Shown here: piece by piece, positions 8,561 to 17,334 of the stretch | How the letters are laid out: every line of letters starts with the position of its first letter | Position numbering within the stretch: the first letter of the stretch is position 1 | Virus record (IMG/VR): IMGVR_UViG_2778261501_000004 | Span: 1-21,272 of that record | From: a virus | Lineage: Duplodnaviria > Heunggongvirae > Uroviricota > Caudoviricetes | DNA length: 21,272 nucleotides | Direction: 5' to 3' (one strand) | Notes under the pieces: model-generated | What the model saw: only the letters and a program-made list of their open reading frames with translations | Told to the model about the DNA's origin: nothing | Databases searched by the model: none | Program-made: the position numbers and the translations under genes

Positions 8561-9639
8561 TATTCATCTTCCTCACGGATGCTTTCAATTTGTTTTTTAA
8601 TTTTACGCGCTATAGATAATATTTCACTCGAACGATATTCGTGATTTTCTGTGAAAGAGTGCGTGTTGAGAAGCATATCCCAAACAACTCTTAGTCGAGA
8701 TTCTGCTTGGTCTAGAGCTTGATCCAAAGCCTCTTCATGACCATTTGTATATAAATAGGCTTCTTCAATGTTTTTAGACTTTATGAGGTTATCTATTGCT
8801 GCTTCATTGGCAACTATTGTTGAAAGATTTTTGATCTTGCGACTTTCACCAATGATAGTATCACCCTGTTGATCTCTAACAAAGAACCAAGCAAAAAGCT
8901 TCTCAAGGTTTTCCTCTTTCAGGTTTTTAGCAGATAAATCTTTTCTATCATCTAAGCCTAACCAGTCTGTAATGTTAGTATATCCAAGAGCTGTTGTTAT
9001 GTAGGAAAAATCGACATCATTCTCACTCATATGCAAATTATAGAAGTTTTTATCAGCAGCGGTTTCATATAATTTGAGTGAAGTTAATAAAAGGCCGACG
9101 TAATAAGATTTACTGCCAATTTCTTTAGCTAATGACTTTAAAAGAGATTCTTTGTCTGCACCTTTGTAGAAAGTTTCACTAAGCTCCTTAAGATACTTAG
9201 CTTTAGAAAGTGCATCCCATTCTTTCACACCAGTAATGTGTCTATATCCGATATAACGTAACACATCTTCACGTCTTGTGTAGACGAGACAAGGTAATTT
9301 AGTCGGTTTATAAGTAGCATCGTCCTGAATTAGTTGAATGCTTTTTTCTTTTCTTTTAGGTGGTAAAAGTTCGCTATTGAGCAACTTTACGGCAGCAAGG
9401 CGACGGTTACCCTCAACTACAACATATTTTTTCCCGGAACTAACCACTAAAAGAGGTTCTCCGGGAAAGTAATCTTGTTCCCCTATGGACAGCATCAAAT
9501 CTTGTACACTTTCGTCATCAAGCATTTCTTCAATGACGGCATTTTCAGATCCAGCCCTATCGTTTAACCGATAGAAACGTGGGTTTTCAGGATCAAACTC
9601 TAGATCTTCCGTGTTTATGTATTTGATTTCGTTGCTCAT
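8560..9639 (-). CDS. ParB/Srx N-terminal-domain protein (359 aa)
   Basis: LEFDPENPRF plus VVVEGNRRLAAVKLL (GNRR encoded at 9400-9411) matches the ParB-N / sulfiredoxin-fold signature. The remaining ~240 aa are helical-looking with no motif I recognise. There is no obvious SD before ATG 9639. Confidence 0.8.
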   Translation of the reverse strand: MSNEIKYINTEDLEFDPENPRFYRLNDRAGSENAVIEEMLDDESVQDLMLSIGEQDYFPGEPLLVVSSGKKYVVVEGNRRLAAVKLLNSELLPPKRKEKSIQLIQDDATYKPTKLPCLVYTRREDVLRYIGYRHITGVKEWDALSKAKYLKELSETFYKGADKESLLKSLAKEIGSKSYYVGLLLTSLKLYETAADKNFYNLHMSENDVDFSYITTALGYTNITDWLGLDDRKDLSAKNLKEENLEKLFAWFFVRDQQGDTIIGESRKIKNLSTIVANEAAIDNLIKSKNIEEAYLYTNGHEEALDQALDQAESRLRVVWDMLLNTHSFTENHEYRSSEILSIARKIKKQIESIREEDE

Positions 9640-9830
9640 AATTGTATTCTGCGCAGATATAAGGATGACTTGCTACAGCATAACCTTATGTTTAGCATCT
9701 GTCATTATGATGGCTGCCTTATGCATGATTTTGCATCCATTTTTTATTTTATTTTTTTGGGGGCGCATTAGGCCCGATATGGTTTTTGGAGACGATGCGT
9801 TTGCATCAAAACAGCCCCATGAAGCGGGCG

Positions 9831-9849
9831 GGCGAGGCGGGGAAAGCAC
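9831..9849. other. cos cohesive-end sequence (P2 19-nt 5' overhang)
   Basis: GGCGAGGCGGGGAAAGCAC is identical to the P2 cohesive end as I recall it. It sits downstream of Q, exactly as in P2. Confidence 0.8.
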
Positions 9850-9990
9850 TGCGCGCTGGCAGTAGTGCTGATTTTATTTTTTCAGCGTCTGAGCGCGTCG
9901 TGATGGCGTTTAGATTGTGTGCCGGGGCGTTGGTTTGTCTGCGGGCTATTTTGCGCGGAGGTGAGCGTGTGAGGGCGTGATGGCGGGGTG

Positions 9991-10013
9991 TAAAAAAGCC
10001 GCCCGCAGGCGGC
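9991..10013 (-). terminator. Rho-independent terminator downstream of Q
   Basis: Stem GCCGCC (9998-10003) and GGCGGC (10008-10013) with loop CGCA. On the minus strand this is followed by a T6 run (A-run 9992-9997 on the plus strand). Confidence 0.65.
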
Positions 10014-10018
10014 GATGT

Positions 10019-11053
10019 TCAGCCGTTGTCAGTGTCCAGTGAGTAGTTTTTAAAGCGGATGACCTCCTGACCGAGCCAGCCGTTTATCTCGCGGATCCTG
10101 TCCTGTAACGGGATAAGCTCATTGCGGACAAAGACCTTTGCCACTTTCTCAATATCACCCAGCGACCCGACGTTCTCCGGCTTGCCGCCCATCAACTGAA
10201 AGGGGATGCGGTGCGCGTCCAGCAGGTCAGCGGCGCTGGCTTTTTTGATATTAAAAAAATCGTCCTTCGTTGCCACTTCACTGAGCGGGATAATTTTTAT
10301 GCCGTCGGCTTTCCCCTGTGGGGCATAGAGAAACAGATTTTTAAAGTTATTGCGGCCTTTCGACTTAACCATGTTTTCGCGAAGCATTTCGATATCGTTG
10401 CGATCCTGCACGGCATCGGTGACGTACATGATGTATCCGGCATGTGCGCCATTTTCGTAATACTTGCGGCGGAACAGCGTGGCCGACTCATTCAGCCAGG
10501 CAGAATTAAGGGCGCTCAGATATTCCGGCAGGCCGTACAACTCCTGATTGATATCCGGCTCCAGCAGGTGAAACACGGAGCCGGGCGTGAAGGCTGTCGG
10601 CTCGTTGAAGGACGGCACCCACCAGTAAACATCCTCCTCCACGCCACGGCGGGTATATTTTGCCGGTGAGGTTTCCAGTCTGATGACCTTACCGGTGGTG
10701 CTGTAACGCTTTTCCAGAAACGCATTACCGAACACCAGAAAATCCAGCACAAAGCGGCTGAAATCCTGCTGGGAAAGCCACGGATGCGGGATAAATGTCG
10801 AGGCCAGAATATTACGTTTGACGTAAATCGGTGAGCTGTGATGCACGGCAGCACGCAGGCTTTTTGCCAGACCGGTAAAGCTGACCGGTGGCTCATACCA
10901 TCTGCCGTTACTGATGCACTCGACGTAATCCAGAATGTCACGGCGGTCGAGTACCGGCACCGGCTCACCAAAGGTGAATGCCTCCATTTTCGGGGCGCTG
11001 GCGGTCATTGTTTTCACCGCTGGCTGCGGTGTTTTCCCTTTTTTCTTGCTCAT
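10019..11053 (-). CDS. Q: Portal protein gpQ (344 aa)
   Basis: Length and position match P2 Q. ATGA overlap with the P stop at 11053. Confidence 0.93.
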   Translation of the reverse strand: MSKKKGKTPQPAVKTMTASAPKMEAFTFGEPVPVLDRRDILDYVECISNGRWYEPPVSFTGLAKSLRAAVHHSSPIYVKRNILASTFIPHPWLSQQDFSRFVLDFLVFGNAFLEKRYSTTGKVIRLETSPAKYTRRGVEEDVYWWVPSFNEPTAFTPGSVFHLLEPDINQELYGLPEYLSALNSAWLNESATLFRRKYYENGAHAGYIMYVTDAVQDRNDIEMLRENMVKSKGRNNFKNLFLYAPQGKADGIKIIPLSEVATKDDFFNIKKASAADLLDAHRIPFQLMGGKPENVGSLGDIEKVAKVFVRNELIPLQDRIREINGWLGQEVIRFKNYSLDTDNG

Positions 11054-12825
11054 CAGTAAAACTCCAGAATGGTGGATGTCAGCGGGGTGCTGATACCGGC
11101 GGTGAGTGGCTCATTTAACAGGGCGTGCATGGTCGCCCAGGCGAGGTCGGCGTGGCTGGCTTCCTCGCTGCGGCTGGCCTCATAGGTGGCGCTGCGTCCG
11201 CTGCTGGTCATGGTCTTGCGGATAGCCATAAACGAGCTGGTGATGTCGGTGGCGCTGACGTCATATTCCAGACAGCCACGGCGGATGACGTCTTTTGCCT
11301 TGAGCACCATTGCGGTTTTCATTTCTGGTGTGTAGCGGATATCGCGCGCGGCGGGATAGAACGAGCGCACGAGCTGGAACACGCCGACACCGAGGCCGGT
11401 GGCATCAATACCGATGTATTCGACGTTATATTTTTCGGTGAGTTTGCGGATGGATTCCGCCTGGGTGGCAAAGTCCATGCCTTTCCACTGGTGACGCTCA
11501 AGTATTCTGAATTTGCCACCGGCCACCACCGGCGGTGCCAGCACCACACATCCGGCACTGTCGCCACGGTGTGACGGGTCGTAACCAATCCATACCGGAC
11601 GGGAGCCGAACGGATTCGCGGCAAACGGCGCATAGTCTTCCCATTCTTCCAGCGTGTCGACCATGCAGCGTTGCAGCTCCTCGAACGGGAACACCGACGC
11701 CTTGTCGTCAACAAATTCACACATGAACAGGTTTTTAAAATCGTCGGCGCTGTTTTCGCGTTTGAGCTGCTCAATGTCGAACAGCGTGCAGCCACCTTTC
11801 AGGGCGTCCTCAATGGTGACAATCTGTCGCCACTGGCCGTCCGCACAGAGAAGCCCACCGGCAAGGGCGTTATGACTGACGTCGATTTCCACGCGTTCGG
11901 CGGCGCTGGCGCGTCCCCGGTTATACAGTTCACCCGACCAGAACGGGTAGGCGTCGTGCGCCAGCGTGGACGGGGTGGAGAAATAGGTCGAACGCAGGTG
12001 ACTCTGTGAGGCCATACCTGATGCCACCTTACGCAGTACCTGAAAATTCGGGATCCAGAAAATCTCGTCGACGTACAGGTCGCCGTTATGGCTCTGCGCG
12101 GTGTTGGAGTTGGTGCCGAGAAAAATCAGTTTTGCGCCGTTATTGCCCAGGACAATCGGGTCACCGGTCAGGTCAACGTCAACCAGACGGGCAAAGGCGA
12201 TGATGTATTCGCGGAACACATACGCCTGCGTTTTACTGGCCGACAGAAAAATCTGGTTATGACCGGTTTTCAGGGCGCGCAGCAGCGCCTCGCGGGAAAA
12301 ATAAAATGTCGCGCCAATCTGGCGGGATTTCAGGATATCGCGGATGCGGTGCTCAAGCCCGGCGCGATACCAGTGCAACTGATAGTCGAAAGACTGCTCA
12401 AAGAAAATCTGCTCCAGCTTTTCGATGGCCTCGTCACTGAAAAAATTCTTTTTCGGTTTGCGCCGCCCGCCTTTGTTGCGGTTAGCGACGTTCGGATTAA
12501 GGTCTGCCTCGTTGCCGGTCTGGCTGTAGCGATTTACCCGTGCCAGTCGTTCAATCTGGCGTCCCAGCAGGTCAATTTCCTTGAAGTCACCGCCGGTTTT
12601 CTGCGGTTTGATGATGAGCTGGGTCAGCCGCGCTTCCAGGCTCATTTCGACACGGCTGATGGGGGCAACGCTGTCCCAGCCGTCGCGCTGTTTCCAGCTC
12701 TGCACCGTCGGGCGTTTCATCTGCAACATGGCGGCAATCTGCGGCACGGAAAACCCCTGCCAGTACAGCAGCGCCGCCTGACGACGCGGGTCGTGTAAAA
12801 GAGTGGTGTCTGTGGTGATGGTCAT
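11053..12825 (-). CDS. P: Terminase large (ATPase) subunit gpP (590 aa)
   Basis: Start is at ATG 12825 (MTITTDTTLLHDPRRQ...), giving the P2 length of 590 aa. Terminase Walker-A-like LKSRQIGAT. The ORF-track start 12876 adds 17 unsupported codons. Confidence 0.93.
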   Translation of the reverse strand: MTITTDTTLLHDPRRQAALLYWQGFSVPQIAAMLQMKRPTVQSWKQRDGWDSVAPISRVEMSLEARLTQLIIKPQKTGGDFKEIDLLGRQIERLARVNRYSQTGNEADLNPNVANRNKGGRRKPKKNFFSDEAIEKLEQIFFEQSFDYQLHWYRAGLEHRIRDILKSRQIGATFYFSREALLRALKTGHNQIFLSASKTQAYVFREYIIAFARLVDVDLTGDPIVLGNNGAKLIFLGTNSNTAQSHNGDLYVDEIFWIPNFQVLRKVASGMASQSHLRSTYFSTPSTLAHDAYPFWSGELYNRGRASAAERVEIDVSHNALAGGLLCADGQWRQIVTIEDALKGGCTLFDIEQLKRENSADDFKNLFMCEFVDDKASVFPFEELQRCMVDTLEEWEDYAPFAANPFGSRPVWIGYDPSHRGDSAGCVVLAPPVVAGGKFRILERHQWKGMDFATQAESIRKLTEKYNVEYIGIDATGLGVGVFQLVRSFYPAARDIRYTPEMKTAMVLKAKDVIRRGCLEYDVSATDITSSFMAIRKTMTSSGRSATYEASRSEEASHADLAWATMHALLNEPLTAGISTPLTSTILEFY

Positions 12826-12998
12826 GAATACCTCGCCGTGATGAATACACGGCAAGGCTACTGAGTCGCGTCCCACGATTCGCTAAGGTGCTGTTGTGTC
12901 AGTGATAAGCCATCCGGGACTGATGGCGGAGGATGCGCATCGTCGGGAAACTGATGCCGACATGTGACTCCTCTAATCACTATTCAGGACTCCTGACA
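12826..12998. promoter_or_regulatory. Divergent late promoter region (P2 PP / PO equivalent, Ogr-dependent)
   Basis: Intergenic region between the divergent P and O genes, as in P2. I could not find an exact TGT-N12-ACA activator box by eye, so no hexamers are called. Confidence 0.45.
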
Positions 12999-13853
12999 AT
13001 GGCAAAAAAAGTCTCAAAATTCTTTCGTATCGGCGTTGAGGGTGACACCTGTGACGGGCGTGTCATCAGTGCGCAGGATATTCAGGAAATGGCCGAAACC
13101 TTTGACCCGCGTGTCTATGGTTGCCGTATTAACCTGGAACATCTGCGCGGCATCCTGCCTGACGGTATTTTTAAGCGTTATGGCGATGTGGCCGAACTGA
13201 AGGCCGAAAAGATTGACGATGATTCGGCGCTGAAAGGCAAATGGGCGCTGTTTGCGAAAATCACCCCGACCGATGACCTTATCGCGATGAACAAGGCCGC
13301 GCAGAAGGTTTATACCTCAATGGAAATTCAGCCGAACTTTGCCAACACCGGCAAATGTTATCTGGTGGGACTGGCCGTCACCGATGACCCGGCAAGCCTC
13401 GGTACGGAATACCTGGAATTCTGCCGCACGGCAAAACACAACCCCCTGAACCGCTTCAAATTAAGCCCTGAAAACCTGATTTCAGTGGCAACGCCCGTTG
13501 AGCTGGAATTTGAAGACCTGCCTGAAACCGTGTTCACCGCCCTGACCGAAAAGGTGAAATCCATTTTTGGCCGCAAACAGGCCAGCGATGACGCCCGTCT
13601 GAATGACGTGCATGAAGCGGTGACCGCTGTCGCTGAGCATGTGCAGGAAAAGCTGAGTGCCACTGAGCAGCGCCTCGCTGAGATGGAAACCGCCTTTTCC
13701 GCACTTAAGCAGGAGGTGACTGACAGGGCGGATGAAACCAGCCAGGCATTCACCCGCCTGAAAAACAGTCTCGACCACACCGAAAGTCTGACCCAGCAGC
13801 GCCGCAGCAAGGCCACCGGCGGTGGCGGTGACGCCCTGATGACGAACTGCTGA
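12999..13853 (+). CDS. O: Capsid scaffold/protease gpO (284 aa)
   Basis: Start is at ATG 12999 (MAKKVSKFFRIGVEGDTCDGR...), giving the P2 length of 284 aa. The C-terminal half is coiled-coil-like. Confidence 0.9.
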   Translation: MAKKVSKFFRIGVEGDTCDGRVISAQDIQEMAETFDPRVYGCRINLEHLRGILPDGIFKRYGDVAELKAEKIDDDSALKGKWALFAKITPTDDLIAMNKAAQKVYTSMEIQPNFANTGKCYLVGLAVTDDPASLGTEYLEFCRTAKHNPLNRFKLSPENLISVATPVELEFEDLPETVFTALTEKVKSIFGRKQASDDARLNDVHEAVTAVAEHVQEKLSATEQRLAEMETAFSALKQEVTDRADETSQAFTRLKNSLDHTESLTQQRRSKATGGGGDALMTNC

Positions 13854-13911
13854 CCGGCGTCAGTCAGTCCGGGAAAACCTTCACGATTAACCCTTAATTT
13901 CAGGAAAAACT

Positions 13912-14985
13912 ATGCGCCAGGAAACCCGCTTTAAATTTAATGCCTACCTGTCCCGTGTTGCCGAACTGAACGGCATCGCCGCCGGTGATGTGTCGAAAAA
14001 ATTCACCGTTGAACCGTCGGTCACCCAGACCCTGATGAACACCATGCAGGAGTCCTCTGATTTTCTGACCCGCATCAACATTGTGCCGGTCAACGAAATG
14101 AAAGGGGAAAAAATTGGTATCGGTGTCACCGGCTCCATCGCCAGCACCACCGACACCGCCGGTGGCACCGAGCGTCAGCCGAAGGACTTCTCGAAGCTGG
14201 CGTCTAACAAGTACGAATGCGACCAGATTAACTTCGATTTTTATATCCGCTACAAAACGCTTGACCTGTGGGCGCGTTATCAGGATTTCCAGCTCCGTAT
14301 CCGTAACGCCATTATCAAACGCCAGTCCCTTGATTTCATTATGGCCGGTTTTAACGGCGTGAAGCGTGCAGAAACCTCTGACCGCAGCAGCCATCCGATG
14401 CTGCAGGATGTGGCGGTCGGCTGGCTGCAGAAATACCGCAATGAAGCCCCGGCGCGTGTGATGAGTAAGGTCACTGACGAGGAAGGCCGCACCACCTCTG
14501 AGGTTATCCGCGTGGGTAAGGGCGGTGATTATGCCAGCCTTGATGCACTGGTGATGGATGCGACCAACAACCTGATTGAGCCGTGGTATCAGGAAGACCC
14601 TGACCTTGTGGTGATTGTGGGGCGTCAGTTACTGGCGGACAAGTATTTCCCCATCGTTAACAAGGAGCAGGACAACAGCGAAATGCTGGCCGCTGACGTC
14701 ATCATCAGCCAGAAACGCATCGGTAACCTGCCAGCGGTACGCGTCCCGTACTTCCCGGCGGATGCGATGCTCATCACGAAGCTGGAAAACCTGTCCATCT
14801 ACTACATGGATGACAGCCATCGCCGCGTGATTGAGGAAAACCCGAAACTCGACCGCGTGGAGAACTACGAGTCAATGAACATTGATTACGTGGTGGAAGA
14901 CTACGCCGCCGGTTGTCTGGTGGAAAAAATTAAGGTCGGTGATTTCTCCACACCGGCTAAAGCGACCGCAGAGCCGGGAGCGTAA
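13912..14985 (+). CDS. N: Major capsid protein gpN (357 aa)
   Basis: Length and position are as P2 N. SD AGGAAAAA lies upstream. Confidence 0.93.
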   Translation: MRQETRFKFNAYLSRVAELNGIAAGDVSKKFTVEPSVTQTLMNTMQESSDFLTRINIVPVNEMKGEKIGIGVTGSIASTTDTAGGTERQPKDFSKLASNKYECDQINFDFYIRYKTLDLWARYQDFQLRIRNAIIKRQSLDFIMAGFNGVKRAETSDRSSHPMLQDVAVGWLQKYRNEAPARVMSKVTDEEGRTTSEVIRVGKGGDYASLDALVMDATNNLIEPWYQEDPDLVVIVGRQLLADKYFPIVNKEQDNSEMLAADVIISQKRIGNLPAVRVPYFPADAMLITKLENLSIYYMDDSHRRVIEENPKLDRVENYESMNIDYVVEDYAAGCLVEKIKVGDFSTPAKATAEPGA

Positions 14986-14988
14986 CCG

Positions 14989-15726
14989 ATGACGAGTCCC
15001 GCACAGCGCCACATGATGCGGGTCTCGGCAGCGATGACCGCGCAGCGGGAAGCCGCCCCGCTGCGACATGCAACTGTCTATGAGCAGATGCTGGTTAAGC
15101 TCGCCGCAGACCAGCGCACACTGAAAGCGATTTATTCAAAAGAGCTGAAGGCCGCGAAAAAACGCGAACTGCTGCCGTTCTGGTTGCCGTGGGTGAACGG
15201 CGTGCTGGAGCAGGGCAAAGGTGCACAGGATGACATTCTGATGACGGTCATGCTGTGGCGTCTGGATACCGGCGATATTGCCGGTGCGCTGGAGATTGCC
15301 CGTTATGCCCTGAAGTACGGTCTGACCATGCCGGGTAAACACCGCCGTACCCCGCCGTACATGTTCACCGAGGAGGTAGCGCTTGCGGCCATGCGCGCTC
15401 ATGCTGCCGGTGAGCCTGTGGACCCCCGCCTGCTGACGGACACCCTTGAACTGACCGCCACGGCTGATATGCCTGATGAAGTGCGCGCAAAGCTGCACAA
15501 AATCACCGGTCTGTTTCTGCGTGACGCTGGTGATGCCGCAGGGGCGCTGGCGCATCTGCAACGTGCGACACAGCTCGACTGTCAGGCAGGCGTAAAAAAA
15601 GAGATTGAACGACTGGAGCGGGAGCTGAAACCGAAGCCGGAGCCAAAAGCGGTCACCCGCGCCCCGCGTAAGATCCGGAGTGCGACACCGGCAAAACGTG
15701 GACGCCCGAAAAAGAAAGCCAGTTAA
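14989..15726 (+). CDS. M: Terminase small/endonuclease subunit gpM (245 aa)
   Basis: Follows N by 3 nt. Basic C-terminal tail (PAKRGRPKKKAS). This is the P2 M position. Confidence 0.88.
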   Translation: MTSPAQRHMMRVSAAMTAQREAAPLRHATVYEQMLVKLAADQRTLKAIYSKELKAAKKRELLPFWLPWVNGVLEQGKGAQDDILMTVMLWRLDTGDIAGALEIARYALKYGLTMPGKHRRTPPYMFTEEVALAAMRAHAAGEPVDPRLLTDTLELTATADMPDEVRAKLHKITGLFLRDAGDAAGALAHLQRATQLDCQAGVKKEIERLERELKPKPEPKAVTRAPRKIRSATPAKRGRPKKKAS

Positions 15727-15825
15727 CAACCGAATGCGCCCCGCGCCAGGGCGGCACGCCGGTCAGTGAGGGTGAATCACCTGACACAGCACCGGCGTCC
15801 ACCGCCCGACTTTTCAGAGGTAGTC

Positions 15826-16335
15826 ATGATGACGCTGATTATTCCGCGAAAGGAGGCTCCCGTGTCCGGTGAGGGTACGGTGGTCATCCCGCAACCGGCA
15901 GGCGACGAGCCGGTGATTAAAAACACGTTCTTTTTTCCCGATATCGACCCGAAGCGCGTCCGGGAACGTATGCGCCTTGAGCAGACCGTCGCCCCCGCCC
16001 GTCTGCGTGAGGCCATCAAGTCAGGCATGGCGGAAACAAATGCGGAGCTGTACGAGTACCGCGAACAGAAAATTGCCGCCGGTTTTACGCGTCTGGCGGA
16101 CGTTCCGGCAGACGATATCGACGGTGAAAGCATCAAAGTTTTTTACTACGAGCGCGCCGTGTGTGCGATGGCGACCGCGTCGCTTTATGAGCGTTATCGC
16201 GGCGTGGATGCCAGTGCGAAAGGCGACAAGAAGGCCGACAGCATTGACAGCACCATTGATGAGCTGTGGCGGGATATGCGCTGGGCAGTGGCGCGCATCC
16301 AGGACAAGCCGCGTTGCATCGTGAGTCAAATCTGA
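15826..16335 (+). CDS. L: Head completion/stabilisation protein gpL (169 aa)
   Basis: Start is at ATG 15826 (MMTLIIPRKEAP...) with an AGAGG SD, giving the P2 length of 169 aa. Confidence 0.88.
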   Translation: MMTLIIPRKEAPVSGEGTVVIPQPAGDEPVIKNTFFFPDIDPKRVRERMRLEQTVAPARLREAIKSGMAETNAELYEYREQKIAAGFTRLADVPADDIDGESIKVFYYERAVCAMATASLYERYRGVDASAKGDKKADSIDSTIDELWRDMRWAVARIQDKPRCIVSQI

Positions 16336-16538
16336 TGAAGACCTTTGCGCTACAGGGCGACACGCTCGACGCCATTTGTGTCCGGTATTACGGGCGCACT
16401 GAGGGCGTGGTTGAGACCGTGCTCGCCGCAAATCCGGGACTGGCTGAACTGGGTGCGGTGCTGCCACACGGCACCGCCGTCGAACTGCCCGACGTTCAGA
16501 CCGCGCCCGTGGCTGAAACTGTCAATCTGTGGGAGTAA
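16335..16538 (+). CDS. X: Tail protein X (LysM-like, 67 aa)
   Basis: The ATG at 16335 overlaps the last base of the L stop (TGATG; stop TGA 16333-16335). GDTLDAICVRYYG is LysM-like. This is the P2 X position and length. Confidence 0.85.
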   Translation: MKTFALQGDTLDAICVRYYGRTEGVVETVLAANPGLAELGAVLPHGTAVELPDVQTAPVAETVNLWE

Positions 16539-16541
16539 CGC

Positions 16542-16823
16542 ATGACAGCAGAAGAAAAAAGCGTCCTGTCGCTTTTCATGATTGGGGTGCTGATTGTTGT
16601 CGGCAAGGTGCTTGCCGGTGGTGAACCCATCACCCCGCGTCTGTTTATCGGGCGCATGTTGCTCGGTGGTTTTGTCTCGATGGTTGCCGGTGTTGTTCTG
16701 GTGCAGTTTCCTGACCTGTCACTGCCTGCGGTGTGCGGCATCGGCTCCATGCTGGGTATCGCCGGTTATCAGGTGATTGAGATTGCCATTCAGCGCCGCT
16801 TTAAGGGCAGGGGGAAACAGTAA
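16542..16823 (+). CDS. Y: Holin gpY (93 aa)
   Basis: Hydrophobic segments with a basic C-terminus (RRFKGRGKQ). Immediately precedes the endolysin gene. Confidence 0.85.
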   Translation: MTAEEKSVLSLFMIGVLIVVGKVLAGGEPITPRLFIGRMLLGGFVSMVAGVVLVQFPDLSLPAVCGIGSMLGIAGYQVIEIAIQRRFKGRGKQ

Positions 16824-17320
16824 TGCCGGTAATTAACACGCATCAGAATATCGCCGCCTTTCTCGACATGCTGGCAGTGTCCGAAGGGACGGCGAATCAT
16901 CCGCTGACGAAAAACCGGGGCTATGACGTGATAGTCACCGGACTGGACGGAAAGCCGGAAATTTTCACCGACTACAGTGACCACCCGTTCGCGCATGGCC
17001 GACCGGCGAAGGTGTTTAACCGTCGCGGTGAAAAATCCACGGCCTCCGGTCGCTATCAGCAGCTTTACCTGTTCTGGCCGCATTACCGCAAACAGCTTGC
17101 CCTGCCGGATTTCAGTCCGTTGTCACAGGACAGACTCGCCATTCAGTTGATCCGCGAACGCGGTGCACTGGATGACATCCGGGCGGGACGCATTGAGCAC
17201 GCCATTTCACGCTGTCGCAATATCTGGGCGTCCCTGCCGGGAGCCGGTTACGGTCAGCGTGAGCATTCACTGGAAAAACTGGTCACCGTCTGGCGTACCG
17301 CCGGCGGCGTACCGGCTTAA
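16823..17320 (+). CDS. K: Endolysin gpK (lambda R / GH24-type muramidase family, 165 aa)
   Basis: An N-terminal LAVSEGT catalytic-Glu motif typical of the lambda R family. ATG overlaps the Y stop. Confidence 0.9.
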   Translation: MPVINTHQNIAAFLDMLAVSEGTANHPLTKNRGYDVIVTGLDGKPEIFTDYSDHPFAHGRPAKVFNRRGEKSTASGRYQQLYLFWPHYRKQLALPDFSPLSQDRLAIQLIRERGALDDIRAGRIEHAISRCRNIWASLPGAGYGQREHSLEKLVTVWRTAGGVPA

Positions 17321-17334
17321 ACGGAGTAAACACC

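Noticed and set aside
9611-9980. Two plus-strand ORFs (9611-9865, a hydrophobic 84 aa; 9786-9980, 64 aa) between the island and Q.
   Set aside because: The first is antisense to the ParB-like gene's 5' end. Its hydrophobicity comes from a T-rich tract, and it reads through the cos 19-mer. The second lies in conserved P2 cos-flanking non-coding DNA. Neither has an SD.
12088-12798. A 236-aa plus-strand ORF inside the terminase gene P. Similar long antisense or alternate-frame ORFs occur at 10211-10669, 10516-10971, 11125-11574, 11319-11795, 13358-13816, 13900-14394, 15136-15729, 16021-16467, 17353-17787 and 19014-19562.
   Set aside because: All lie entirely within high-GC P2 structural genes whose products have the expected P2 lengths and sequences. 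Their translations are low-complexity and R/A/G/P-rich, typical of shadow ORFs in GC-rich DNA.
12826-12998. A search for exact Ogr activator boxes (TGT-N12-ACA) in the P/O intergenic region.
   Set aside because: No exact match was found by eye with N12 or N10 spacing. Only the region-level promoter call is retained.
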